A stretch of DNA of 64,000 nt from Candidatus Hydrogenedentota bacterium (GCA_046583315.1 JAYGCN010000034.1:1-64000); one strand, 5' to 3'; shown: positions 20,762-31,137, counted from the stretch's first letter. Notes: generated by a model not told the origin, from the letters alone. Numbers and translations are program-made.

Positions 20762-22233
20762 TATTCATGCTGCCAGGGATTTTCAACACGTTTCACTTCC
20801 ACTTTGCCCTGCTTTACGATACTGAACACATCGCGAATCACTTCTTTACGATTGATCATGTGCCCGAGCAGCGTATCGCCGTCTACGTCCAGAATCACCG
20901 AGCCGTTCTCCACGATGATCTCGCGCATCACCGGCATCGTACCCGAACGTCGGACCCCGGCACCGCCGTGACCCGTAACAATCTGAATCGTCCCCTCATG
21001 CGGATTCAGTCCCGCGCTCTTGCGATACGCGCCATCCCCATCCGGGTCGCCATCCCCATCATCCAGAATCACGCCCTCGGCAACGGTCGGCGTAGCATAC
21101 GCGCCATCCATCAACATCGAGCGCTCGTAAATATGCGAATGCCCGGTCAGCACGATATCGACGCCGCCGTCTTCAAGAATCGGCATAATCTCCTCACGCA
21201 TTTCGATGAGTTGCCCTTCCCCGTCACTGTCATGCGAACCCTTCGTGTACGGCGGGTGATGCCAGAATGCGATCAACCAATCCGCCGTCGCCTGATTCAA
21301 GTCTTCGCGCAGCCACTGTGCCATGGGACCGCTGCTCTTACGATTCAAATCATGGGAATCGAGACACACAAAATGAATGCGTCCCACATCGAAAGAATAA
21401 TACGCTTCCGTGCCCGACGCCACGCCCCCCGCTTCCGCCTGAGTCGGCAACACGTAAGCATCGTAATATGGCCCCTTGCCCGTCATACCGCGCGACGTAT
21501 GCCCTTCATGATTCCCCATCGATGGCCAGACCACCATTTGACGAAGTTGCTCGGCATAGATGTCGAAAAATGCGCGCTGAAATTCATAATTCGCGCCATC
21601 GGTGTATGCCATATCCCCAACGTGAATATACAGGTCCAGTGGCCGCTTCGTATCCACTGTAAAAGCGAGCATCGCATCACGCACCTGACGTTGCGGTCTA
21701 CCCACCGTTCCCGAATCTCCCACCACCCAGATACGCGTATCCCGCGCGACCCCGACAGTCGGAGAGGTCGTAAAGCGATGAGTCCTGTCCTTTCCCGCGA
21801 GTAGTTCATCTCCATCATAAATACCATAAAAATACGTACTATCCGCCTCAAGACCAGCGATTTTCACCTCATACTGGTAAATATTAGCCTCACCCGTCGG
21901 ATCATCCCTGCGACTCGGATTGCGCTCCTTGCGCTCCTCATCAGTTTCCCGATGAATGAATTTGGCGCCATCAACCGAGACATCCGAAGATACACGCAAC
22001 ACGACATCCGACTCGCTGCTGGCGGATTTCAACGAACGAAGTCGTGCGCCATACCGTACCACCGGATCAATCCGGCCCCGAGTGCGCCATACCACTACAA
22101 TTGAATCCGAAGTGACGGATTGCAGATAGGGCTCACGAACCAAGACCGCGTCCGAAGCATATACGCGACACCCACTTGCAATCGAAACGGAGGTCGCAAC
22201 GAAGGCGATCCATAGTTTTACGTGAATTGACAT
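20761..22233 (-). CDS. Secreted purple-acid-phosphatase-type metallophosphoesterase with FN3-like N-terminus
   Basis: EPYLQ, GDSG, GDMAY, GNHE, HHPPY, GHSH; GGAGAG RBS before ATG 22233. Confidence 0.9.
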   Translation of the reverse strand: MSIHVKLWIAFVATSVSIASGCRVYASDAVLVREPYLQSVTSDSIVVVWRTRGRIDPVVRYGARLRSLKSASSESDVVLRVSSDVSVDGAKFIHRETDEERKERNPSRRDDPTGEANIYQYEVKIAGLEADSTYFYGIYDGDELLAGKDRTHRFTTSPTVGVARDTRIWVVGDSGTVGRPQRQVRDAMLAFTVDTKRPLDLYIHVGDMAYTDGANYEFQRAFFDIYAEQLRQMVVWPSMGNHEGHTSRGMTGKGPYYDAYVLPTQAEAGGVASGTEAYYSFDVGRIHFVCLDSHDLNRKSSGPMAQWLREDLNQATADWLIAFWHHPPYTKGSHDSDGEGQLIEMREEIMPILEDGGVDIVLTGHSHIYERSMLMDGAYATPTVAEGVILDDGDGDPDGDGAYRKSAGLNPHEGTIQIVTGHGGAGVRRSGTMPVMREIIVENGSVILDVDGDTLLGHMINRKEVIRDVFSIVKQGKVEVKRVENPWQHE

Positions 22234-22345
22234 TACAACTCTCCAACGGTTAGAAATTATGTTCAATACAAATGTTATCGGATAATGACCGCACTTGTCA
22301 CCTCAAAAGGTTTTTGAGGAAACATAAAAAATACCCGTGCCGACC

Positions 22346-22374
22346 TTGTCTGACCAATATTCGTTAGCTATAAT
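22346..22374 (+). promoter_or_regulatory. Sigma70-type promoter
   Basis: TTGTCT-17 bp-TATAAT, ~40 bp upstream of ATG 22417. Confidence 0.65.
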
Positions 22375-22416
22375 ATAGGGTTCATTATCCGACCCAACAG
22401 GAGCCATCAAGATCCA

Positions 22417-24267
22417 ATGCGTAACAGTGCAAGCATGATTATGTCGCTTGAGGGGATCAACCGAGCGGTTTACAAGATAGCAAACGAACTGGCACAGAAT
22501 AGCCGTTCGGGCCTCACCGTGCGTTTTCTCTCCAAGAAACTCGAGTTGCCCCTGGAAGAAATCGAGTATCTCATCGATGTTCATCACAAGCTGCTCTACA
22601 CCGATCTGACGAAAATCAAACTGCCCAACGAGGGACTCACCGCCGTTAAACGTATCGCCGAAGGACTCGAAAATCACGGAGACGTACCCTCTTTGTTCCA
22701 GAAAATCAAACAGCTCTCCTCCCACGATTTCCGAAGACTCGAAGAGCAAATCGACGTAGAACTGGGCACCAAAAAAGCCGTCGGCGAATACATCATCGAC
22801 AATTTCTACAAAAACCCCGAATCCATCATGCAATATGTTGCCTCCCACGGCTTCTCCGAGATTGCCGTCGAGGTCTTCGATATTCTCTGGCAATCCAAGG
22901 ACGGCGTCATGCCCGTCTCCAGCATTCGCACCGCACACGGCGGAAGCGAATTTGAAGTCGAACAGGCCCTGTGGGAACTCTTCCGCGGCATGGCCCTGTT
23001 CGAAATGTTTCGATACGACGCGGAAGATCGCCTGATACGTCGGGCAGGCTTACTCACCGAGCTTCGACAATTACGTGACCAACAAGACAACGCGGATTCG
23101 AAAAAGACCGCACTAAAATCGCTCAAAGGATCTCCAGGAGACAGCTCATGCCGTGAGCTTGAAATGACCGAGGTCTTGTGTCAACTGGTCGCCACCATTG
23201 CAGCGAAACCCGTCCGTCTGCGCGGCGACGGCGAACTCTTCCGCGAAGATTTCCGTCGCCTGAGCGATTGCATTCCTCAAAATGCAAACCCCTCCCTCGC
23301 CGCATCTCTCTGGGCCGCCGAAGGCATCGGTTGGCTCGAGCGAATTGACAACGAACTCTACGCAGGCGAATTGGACGCACTCATCAAAGTCGATTATGTT
23401 GATCGGCACCAGCAACTATGCGAATGGTTGCTCAATACCGGCGACGAACTTACCGCGCGACGTCTTCTCACCCAACGACTCGACGATCTCGAAGAAACCG
23501 CATGGTATCCCATCCGCGATTTCATTCAATACGCTATCGCCAAACACGAAGAACTCGATCCACCCATCCTCAAACTGCAAAACGGCGAATACCAATACGT
23601 CAGCCCTGGCATCGCCTCAAATCTCACCACCATCCTGGAACGCTCCCTCGAAGAATCGCTCTACTGGCTGGGATTGATCGAAACAGCAAGCGACGGATTC
23701 GACGATTACTTCCGCGTGACACCGCTGGGACGCACCATTCTCGGCCAGCAGAATCTCGACGCACTACGCGACAACCATGCCAAAGCCAATCGTGAAATCG
23801 TTGTGCAACCCAATTTCGATATCGTCGTACCCAGCAAAGACATGGATGCCCTGCTCACCGTGCCCCTTGACCAGTTTGCCACACGCCAATCCACCGGCCA
23901 GGCCACCGTCTACCTACTCACAAAAGAATCCTTCACGCAGGCCCTGCAAGACGGCCACGACGGAGACGGCTTCGTCGATTTCCTGCTCTCCTACAACCGG
24001 GGCGGCACATTACCAGCCAACGTAATGATGACCCTCGAAGACTGGCGCGGCGGACTCCGTCACCTGCGCATCCGAACCATTCAAGTACTCGAAGTCGACG
24101 ACGCACTCGTCATGGCCGACCTTCAGCACCGTCGTAAATTCAAGAAATTCCTCAAACCAATCGACCCTAATCAATTCATCGAATACTCCGATGTGGACGT
24201 CGAAGACCTCACCAAGCAATTGGAAAAAGACGGATTTATCGTCATCTCGGATGATCCCCCCGAATAA
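22417..24267 (+). CDS. Helicase-associated (Helicase_C_3/XPB-associated) domain protein without a helicase motor
   Basis: C-terminal VVQPNFDIVV...YLLTKESFTQAL...LPANVMMTLEDW; no Walker motifs seen. Confidence 0.7.
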   Translation: MRNSASMIMSLEGINRAVYKIANELAQNSRSGLTVRFLSKKLELPLEEIEYLIDVHHKLLYTDLTKIKLPNEGLTAVKRIAEGLENHGDVPSLFQKIKQLSSHDFRRLEEQIDVELGTKKAVGEYIIDNFYKNPESIMQYVASHGFSEIAVEVFDILWQSKDGVMPVSSIRTAHGGSEFEVEQALWELFRGMALFEMFRYDAEDRLIRRAGLLTELRQLRDQQDNADSKKTALKSLKGSPGDSSCRELEMTEVLCQLVATIAAKPVRLRGDGELFREDFRRLSDCIPQNANPSLAASLWAAEGIGWLERIDNELYAGELDALIKVDYVDRHQQLCEWLLNTGDELTARRLLTQRLDDLEETAWYPIRDFIQYAIAKHEELDPPILKLQNGEYQYVSPGIASNLTTILERSLEESLYWLGLIETASDGFDDYFRVTPLGRTILGQQNLDALRDNHAKANREIVVQPNFDIVVPSKDMDALLTVPLDQFATRQSTGQATVYLLTKESFTQALQDGHDGDGFVDFLLSYNRGGTLPANVMMTLEDWRGGLRHLRIRTIQVLEVDDALVMADLQHRRKFKKFLKPIDPNQFIEYSDVDVEDLTKQLEKDGFIVISDDPPE

Positions 24268-24381
24268 ACCTCCCCGGGATACCTCACTGCGCTGCAATGT
24301 AGACCATCACCCGACCAATTTGTTATGCTCACCGCAGGGAATGGGGGCCTGACCGCTCCACTAAAACCAGTGAGGAACTCC

Positions 24382-25473
24382 GTGTACCCAATCGCCGCGT
24401 TAATAGAATTCCCCGAACCCAGCGCAATGGCGTTGTGGGGTCTCGCAATCGCTGTCCTGCTCCTCATCGCCATATTCTATGGCAACGTATACTTCAAGCG
24501 CACCACACAGACCAGGAATCTCGAAAGAGTCCAATCCAACGCAATCGACGACATCTACGAGGACAAAAAGCTCAGTGACGAAGAAATACGCCTGATGAAC
24601 GAAGTCCTGGATCGCCACGTGCAGGACAACCCTTTGCGTTCCGTCACCACACGCGACGGATTCGGAGAGTGCGTACGTCGGGAAATTGATCGCGTCAATG
24701 AGTTTGGCGCACCGGGAGATGTCCAGATACTTGGCGTGAAACTCAGAGACATTCGCACCGCATTAGGTCTCGATTACGTACCCATCGGAAAACCAATTTA
24801 CTCCTCCAGAGAATTACACATAGGACAGATTATCAGCATCACCCCGAAGGAGGAAACGAATGCCAAGAAAACCCGAATGGAACTTCGCAACATCGATGAA
24901 GCCTATCTTTACCTTTCTCCCGAAAAACGCGGTGCGCCCCTAAAATTCGTTGACGGAACTCAGGTGCAATGCGAACTTTGGCGCGACGAAGACGGGTGCT
25001 ACACTTTCGATTCCCGCATCGTCTACTACGGTACCGAACATGCCGAATGGAGGCTCGCACACAATGCGGCAAAGATGGCACGAACACAGGCCCGTGAACA
25101 TTTCAGGATGCCCTTCCAACAGACCGCGACCATCGGAATCCTCAACGCATCCAAAGATGAGGACATCACGTACCTCAGCCAAAGCCGTGACGTCGCACAA
25201 CTGCGCGGCAAAATTACCAGCCTTAGCGCCGGAGGTTGCGCAATCGTCTTCCAGCAACCTATCGCCCGGAACATTCTGCTGCGCGTCGAAATTGAACTCC
25301 CCGATCATCCCCCAATCTCCGTCGTGGCCAAAATCGTGGCGACAAGCAATATCTCCGGCGGGCGATGCCTGATTCGCACCCGTTTTCTCGATATTTCCGA
25401 GGAAGAACGCGACCTCATTTCACGCCATCTGCTCCACAAACAACAAGAAAATCTCGCAACAAAACTCCCCTAA
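24382..25473 (+). CDS. Membrane-anchored YcgR/PilZ-domain protein
   Basis: N-terminal TM; QAREHFR (RxxxR) and SLSAGG; GTG start after GAGGA. Confidence 0.75.
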   Translation: MYPIAALIEFPEPSAMALWGLAIAVLLLIAIFYGNVYFKRTTQTRNLERVQSNAIDDIYEDKKLSDEEIRLMNEVLDRHVQDNPLRSVTTRDGFGECVRREIDRVNEFGAPGDVQILGVKLRDIRTALGLDYVPIGKPIYSSRELHIGQIISITPKEETNAKKTRMELRNIDEAYLYLSPEKRGAPLKFVDGTQVQCELWRDEDGCYTFDSRIVYYGTEHAEWRLAHNAAKMARTQAREHFRMPFQQTATIGILNASKDEDITYLSQSRDVAQLRGKITSLSAGGCAIVFQQPIARNILLRVEIELPDHPPISVVAKIVATSNISGGRCLIRTRFLDISEEERDLISRHLLHKQQENLATKLP

Positions 25474-25492
25474 AAAGGCAATTTCACTTTAG

Positions 25493-26197
25493 ATGTTCAA
25501 GAACGCACTAAGCCACGTACAACACAACTACCAAGCCCTTCTCATTTACGTGGGCATCACGGCCGGCTACTACGCACTTAAATTGGGCATCGAGACCTGG
25601 CCCGGGCTTGACTTTTCCCAAGACAACATGGAAACAATCGAAACACTCTATCTCGTGGTCAGTGGCCTTGTCTCTTCTGCCGTATACGCCGTCGCCCAGA
25701 CAATCGCATTTTTAAAAATGGGCGAGAATATCGAAAGACCCGTCTGGAAGGCATCAAGCAAACCCGGTGCCTTCGTGCGATTCTGGGCCTTCTGGTTCTC
25801 CATCAATCTCATCATCCTCTCCACGCTACTCATCATCGCTATCCTGCCCATGGAGTCAAGCACTCAAGCGTCGCTCCACCTGTTCTGGCGTTTCGGCCAA
25901 ACCGTTCTGCTGCCCTTTGGGGCCACTACCATGTTCTACGGCAGCACCACTCGAAACGAAATGAAACTGGCCGGATACAGCATGATTGCCCAACTGCCTG
26001 CCTACGCATTGATCTGTTTTATCGGCCTGTGTGTTGAAGTAACCCTGGTCGGGATGCAAGACGGCCTACCCACTCAGGCCCTACCAGCACTCGCAATCAT
26101 CGACAGCTATGCCGCCTGCTTTATCTTCGCCTACAGCTGGGAAATCTGCCGCAAACACCGCGAAGAAGAAGAAAACATGGACGATCTCGATTTCTAG
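25493..26197 (+). CDS. Hypothetical multi-pass membrane protein
   Basis: About six hydrophobic segments; operon-like spacing. Confidence 0.7.
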   Translation: MFKNALSHVQHNYQALLIYVGITAGYYALKLGIETWPGLDFSQDNMETIETLYLVVSGLVSSAVYAVAQTIAFLKMGENIERPVWKASSKPGAFVRFWAFWFSINLIILSTLLIIAILPMESSTQASLHLFWRFGQTVLLPFGATTMFYGSTTRNEMKLAGYSMIAQLPAYALICFIGLCVEVTLVGMQDGLPTQALPALAIIDSYAACFIFAYSWEICRKHREEEENMDDLDF

Positions 26198-26206
26198 GGC
26201 CCCATC

Positions 26207-27499
26207 ATGAGTGAGACAACCCACACGATTCCCTACGGCGACCAACAACTACCCGTCAATCTGCCCGGCGCGACCTACCTCGACACCCTCGACATCCACC
26301 CCAGCGAAGCCATCAACGATTGTGCCACTACACTCAAAGACGCGCTTCAATCCCCCATAGGCATGCATGACCACGCACTCGCCGATTTCTCTCCGGAAAG
26401 CACCGTCGCCATCGTCGTATCAGACTCGTTTCGACAAACACGCATCGCTCGCTTGTTGCCGACCCTCATCGAATCCCTGACCGCGCGCGCCATCCCCATC
26501 GAAAATATCACGATCACCTTCTCTACCGGCACCCATCGCGGACCAACCGACTCCGAAGCCACCGCAATTCTCAGCCACGACATCGCGCAACAATTCCACG
26601 GTCGCCTATTCAACCACGATGCCACCGACACAGCCAATCTTGTCGCAATCGGAGAAACGTCACGCGGCACCCAGGTGTCCGTCAACAAACGCGTCCACGA
26701 ATCCGACCGCATCATCCTCACCGGCAGCGTCGTCCTGCATTACTTCGGCGGATTCGGCGGCGGTCGTAAATCAATGGTACCCGGTCTCGCATCAATCGAG
26801 ACGATTGCCCAGAACCACGCCATGAATCTGCACCCCACCAACGACACCCTCGACCCCCGCGTCGCCATCGGTCAATGCGAAGGAAACCCCGTCGCCGAAG
26901 ACATGCTGGAAGCCACGAAACTCTCCCACGTCGATTTCATCATCAACACCGTGATCGATCGCGACAACGAAATCATCGGACTCTTCGTCGGCGATCTGGA
27001 AGCCGCCCACGAACTGGCCTGCACCTTCGCCCAGAAAACATTTGTTGCCCCGATCCAGAAAAAGGCCGATCTCGTCATCGCCGCATCCCCCACCTCCAAA
27101 AATTTCGTGCAGACCCATAAAGCCCTCTTCAATGCCTATCAAGCAATCCATCCCCAAGGACGCATCATCTTGCTCGCCCCATGCCCCGAAGGCCTCGGCG
27201 GCGAACAATTCGAGAAATGGCTTCGACTTGGCGATAGAGCCTCCATCATCAGCGCCCTCCGCAAACAAAGCGAAATAAACGGCCAGACCGCCCTCTCCAC
27301 GCGCGAAAAAGCCCCGCTTAGCTACCTCGTATCAACCCTATCCCAACAAAACGTCGAGTTACTCGGAGCCCATCACGCCGACTCGCTCGATACAGCGATA
27401 CTGGCGGCATTAAGCGGTCTCGCCGCGCAGGGCATCAAAAACCCCACCTGGCGCCTGATGCCCTCGGCCGCCTATACCGTGCCTCTTCACACCCTCTAA
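26207..27499 (+). CDS. larA: LarA-family nickel-pincer-dependent racemase/epimerase
   Basis: GTHR, HYFGGFGGGRKS, NH, VQTHKAL, CPEGLG. Confidence 0.85.
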   Translation: MSETTHTIPYGDQQLPVNLPGATYLDTLDIHPSEAINDCATTLKDALQSPIGMHDHALADFSPESTVAIVVSDSFRQTRIARLLPTLIESLTARAIPIENITITFSTGTHRGPTDSEATAILSHDIAQQFHGRLFNHDATDTANLVAIGETSRGTQVSVNKRVHESDRIILTGSVVLHYFGGFGGGRKSMVPGLASIETIAQNHAMNLHPTNDTLDPRVAIGQCEGNPVAEDMLEATKLSHVDFIINTVIDRDNEIIGLFVGDLEAAHELACTFAQKTFVAPIQKKADLVIAASPTSKNFVQTHKALFNAYQAIHPQGRIILLAPCPEGLGGEQFEKWLRLGDRASIISALRKQSEINGQTALSTREKAPLSYLVSTLSQQNVELLGAHHADSLDTAILAALSGLAAQGIKNPTWRLMPSAAYTVPLHTL

Positions 27500-27518
27500 A
27501 TCCTTTATCGACGGTCAG

Positions 27519-27548
27519 TTGACTCAGATTCCACTCCTTTGTTACACT
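27519..27548 (+). promoter_or_regulatory. Sigma70-type promoter for yceD-rpmF-plsX-fabD-fabG
   Basis: TTGACT-18 bp-TACACT with TGn. Confidence 0.5.
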
Positions 27549-27585
27549 ATGCGCCGTTCCGTGTTGCTTTGAAGGTTGTCGTCCC

Positions 27586-28218
27586 GTGGGTAAATTTGAG
27601 ATTCCGATTGTAAGTATCCCAAGGAAATCCCCGCTCGCCGTTGACGAAGTGGCCGACGCCGTCGATTTGATTGGCCAAGATACCGACCCCGGTTTTCTCA
27701 CCCGTATTCGAATCAACGGAGAATTGTCCGCAATTCATAAAGATTTTCTGTTTCAAGGGAGCGTCACCGGGATTTTCGAATGCCCCTGCGATCGATGCCT
27801 CGAACACGCTGAGGTGAATGCATCCGTTGGAGTTGCGTGGCTGTTCGAGCCCGACGTAACACCGGACGCGCTCGAAGAATTTGCGAAGTCTGACGATACG
27901 GATGAAGAAGAGATGGAGAATGAAGACGGCGAAACCCTTGATGGCGAAACCCTTGATGAGGAAGAAGCCGGACAGATACGGTACTACAATGGTGATTGTG
28001 TCAACCTCGCCCCCCATGCGTTGGAGGAAATGGTGATGGCCGCACCAACCAAGTTTTACTGTGGCGACGAGTGCAAAGGCTTGTGTCCACAATGCGGAAT
28101 AAATTTGAACACCACGTCGTGTGCGTGTGTAGATGAAAACAAAGAAACGAACAACTCAGGACTCAACGCATTGAAGGATTTATATCCCGATTTGCCATCC
28201 AATACTTCGGAGGAATGA
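27586..28218 (+). CDS. yceD: DUF177/YceD protein
   Basis: CDRCL, C-x3-CKGLCPQCG-NLN; upstream of rpmF; 15-bp duplication (DGETL x2) at 27928-27957. Confidence 0.9.
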   Translation: MGKFEIPIVSIPRKSPLAVDEVADAVDLIGQDTDPGFLTRIRINGELSAIHKDFLFQGSVTGIFECPCDRCLEHAEVNASVGVAWLFEPDVTPDALEEFAKSDDTDEEEMENEDGETLDGETLDEEEAGQIRYYNGDCVNLAPHALEEMVMAAPTKFYCGDECKGLCPQCGINLNTTSCACVDENKETNNSGLNALKDLYPDLPSNTSEE

Positions 28219-28221
28219 ACC

Positions 28222-28404
28222 GTGCCAGTCCCAAAACGTAAAACGGGAAAAACCAAACGCAACATGCGTCGCTCCCACCATGCCATGAAGGCACCCAATC
28301 TCACCGAATGCCAGAGCTGCGGCGATCGCATCGTGCAACATCGCGTATGCCCCAAGTGTGGTTATTACAACACGCGCACGGTCCTCAACGTAGACGACGA
28401 CTAG
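28222..28404 (+). CDS. rpmF: 50S ribosomal protein L32
   Basis: PVPKRKT...RRSH, CxxC/HRVCPKCGYY. Confidence 0.97.
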   Translation: MPVPKRKTGKTKRNMRRSHHAMKAPNLTECQSCGDRIVQHRVCPKCGYYNTRTVLNVDDD

Positions 28405-28437
28405 TCAAATCCACGTCAGACCGATCCGGGAGAGCCG

Positions 28438-29472
28438 ATGCGAATCGTAGTGGATGCTATGGGGGCCGACAACGCACCTTTTCCAGAAGTGGAAGGGGCG
28501 GTCGAAGCCAGCTTGCTTGACGACATGGAGATTATCCTTGTCGGGGACGAAGCTGTACTCACCGCCGAACTCGCCAAACACACCAAACACGGCAATATCC
28601 GTATCGTACATGCCTCAGAACGCATCGAGATGCACGACACCCCGATGATCGCTATCCGAAAAAAGAAAGGCTCCTCTCTGCACGTCGGACTGCGTCTTCT
28701 CAAAGAGGGGAAAGCCGACGCCTTCCTCAGCGCAGGCAATACCGGTGCCGTCATGATGGGTTCGCGCGTAATCCTCGGCCCAATCCAAGGCGTAGCACGT
28801 TCCGCCATCTGCCAATCCCTGCCCACCATGGACGGCAGTCGCGTCGTCATCCTCGATCTCGGAGCCAACGTCGACTGCACCGCCGAACACCTCTCTCAAT
28901 TCGCTGAAATGGGCCAAGTATTTGCGGAACTCACCCTCGGCATCGAAAACCCCAAGGTCGGCCTCATCAACATCGGCGAAGAGCAAGCCAAAGGCAACGA
29001 CATCGCCAAAACGGTTCATCGCAACCTCACCGCCGCCGAACACATCAACTTCATCGGCAACGTAGAACCCAAAGCCCTCTTCACTGGTAGCGTTGACGTC
29101 GTCGTGTGCGACGGATTTATCGGCAACATCATCCTCAAGACCACCGAATCCGTAGCAAGCCTCATGAAACAAATCATCAAGGAAGAACTCAAAAGTACAT
29201 GGCTCTCCAAGCTCGGAGCACTGCTCAGCATCGGGGCATACAAAAACGTCAAAAAACGTTCCGATCCCAATGAACAGGTCGGCGCACACTTGCTCGGCGT
29301 CAACGGTATCGTCGTCATCCTCCACGGCTCCTGCACCGCCGTCGGCATCAAAAACGCCCTGCTCGGCACACGCGAAGACTTCAAACTCGGCCTTAATCAG
29401 CACATCCGTACCGGCATCGAAGAACTCCGCGGTGATGTCGAACGAATCGCCCAATCCGAGTCCAACGAGTGA
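28438..29472 (+). CDS. plsX: Phosphate acyltransferase PlsX
   Basis: VDAMGADNAP, SAGNTGA, LDLGAN, DGFIGN. Confidence 0.95.
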   Translation: MRIVVDAMGADNAPFPEVEGAVEASLLDDMEIILVGDEAVLTAELAKHTKHGNIRIVHASERIEMHDTPMIAIRKKKGSSLHVGLRLLKEGKADAFLSAGNTGAVMMGSRVILGPIQGVARSAICQSLPTMDGSRVVILDLGANVDCTAEHLSQFAEMGQVFAELTLGIENPKVGLINIGEEQAKGNDIAKTVHRNLTAAEHINFIGNVEPKALFTGSVDVVVCDGFIGNIILKTTESVASLMKQIIKEELKSTWLSKLGALLSIGAYKNVKKRSDPNEQVGAHLLGVNGIVVILHGSCTAVGIKNALLGTREDFKLGLNQHIRTGIEELRGDVERIAQSESNE

Positions 29473-30362
29473 GTTTGGCCTTTTTATTCCCCGGCCAGGG
29501 CAGCCAAACACCCGGCATGCTCAAAGATTTCTACGAAACGTCCCCACTAGCCCGCGCCGCTATTGATGAGGCCACAGCCATTCTCGGTGAAGACTTCCTC
29601 GACACCATGTTCAATGGCCCCGACGACGCACTACGCGACACACGTATGGCCCAACCCGCACTCGTCACCGCTGGCATCGCCATCGCCGCGCACCTGAAGT
29701 CCCTGAACATCTCCCCCGCCCTCTGCGCCGGACACAGCATCGGAGAAATCGCGGCCCTCGCAGTAGCCGAAGTATTCTCTCCCGTAGATGCGATTCGTAT
29801 CACACAAGAACGCGCACGCCTCATGGCCGAAGAATCCCCTGAAGGCACCATGGCCGCGGTAATAGGTCTCGCACCAGACGCGATAGAAAATGCCTTGCCC
29901 GGGGGCGCAGAGATCGCCAATTTCAATGGCCCCCAACAAACCATCATCTCGGGGACCATCGAAGGCATCGAGGCAGCAAAGGATACCTTGAAGGAAGTCG
30001 GAGCCAAAAGCGTCATCCCACTCAACGTATCAGGCCCCTTCCACTCATCCTGCATGAACGCTGCATCGGAAAAATTCAAACACTTCCTCGATGATTTCAC
30101 TTTCACCGCACCCACCTGTACCTTCGTATCCTCAGTAACCGGCAAAGAAGAGTCTGACGCCGACACAATCAAACAGCTCCTGTGGAAACAACTCTACTCC
30201 CCCGTACGATGGACCGAAACCATGGAAACCATCGGAGCCGTGGACGCGCTCGAAGCTGGACCCGGAAACGTGTTGCAGGGCATCGCACGTCGTATCGAAA
30301 ACGCGCCATCCATCTCAGCATCCAGCACACTTGACGACATCGCGTCGATTCAGACAAACTAG
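29469..30362 (+). CDS. fabD: Malonyl-CoA:ACP transacylase
   Basis: FPGQGSQ, GHSIGE, VSGPFHS. Confidence 0.95.
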   Translation: MSLAFLFPGQGSQTPGMLKDFYETSPLARAAIDEATAILGEDFLDTMFNGPDDALRDTRMAQPALVTAGIAIAAHLKSLNISPALCAGHSIGEIAALAVAEVFSPVDAIRITQERARLMAEESPEGTMAAVIGLAPDAIENALPGGAEIANFNGPQQTIISGTIEGIEAAKDTLKEVGAKSVIPLNVSGPFHSSCMNAASEKFKHFLDDFTFTAPTCTFVSSVTGKEESDADTIKQLLWKQLYSPVRWTETMETIGAVDALEAGPGNVLQGIARRIENAPSISASSTLDDIASIQTN

Positions 30363-30390
30363 ACACAACATCTAACCAAACGGGGTACCC

Positions 30391-31137
30391 ATGAGCCAAT
30401 TCACCGATAAAGTCGTACTCGTCACCGGAGGCACCCGCGGCATCGGATGCGCCTGCGCCGAAGCCTTCGCTAAAGAAGGCGCCAATGTCGCCATCTGCGG
30501 CCGCAGTCAGGATTCCACCGAACAAGCGGCCGCCGAACTCAGCCAAGCCACCAACGGCACCGTAAAAGGATACGCCTGCGACATCGGCAACTCCGGAGCC
30601 GTCAACGCGCTCATCAAATCCATCGCCGAAGACCTCGGCCCCATCACTATCCTCATCAACAACGCCGGCATCACCAAAGACGGCCTCATCATGCGCATGA
30701 AAGACGAAGCCTGGTCCCAAGTATTCCAGACCAACCTCGACGGCACCTTCTACACCTGCCGCGCCGCATCCCGAGGCATGATGAAAGAACGCTTCGGACG
30801 CATCATCAACCTCTCCTCCATCGTCGGCATCCGCGGACAAGCCGGACAAACCAACTACTCCGCCGCCAAAGCAGGCGTCATCGGATTCTCTAAAGCCCTC
30901 GCACAAGAACTCGCCTCCCGAAACATCACCGTCAACGTCATCGCACCCGGATACATCCAAACCGACATGACCGCCGACCTCGGCGAAGAAGCCCACGAAG
31001 CATTCCTCAAACAAATCCCGGCAAAACGCGCCGGCACCCCCGAAGACATCGCCCAAGCCGCACTCTTCCTAGCCTCAGACGGCGCCGCCTACATAACAGG
31101 CCACGTCCTAAGCATAGACGGCGGTTTGGGAATGTAA
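30391..31137 (+). CDS. fabG: 3-oxoacyl-ACP reductase
   Basis: TGGTRGIG, NNAGITKD, GQTNYSAAK; follows fabD. Confidence 0.95.
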   Translation: MSQFTDKVVLVTGGTRGIGCACAEAFAKEGANVAICGRSQDSTEQAAAELSQATNGTVKGYACDIGNSGAVNALIKSIAEDLGPITILINNAGITKDGLIMRMKDEAWSQVFQTNLDGTFYTCRAASRGMMKERFGRIINLSSIVGIRGQAGQTNYSAAKAGVIGFSKALAQELASRNITVNVIAPGYIQTDMTADLGEEAHEAFLKQIPAKRAGTPEDIAQAALFLASDGAAYITGHVLSIDGGLGM

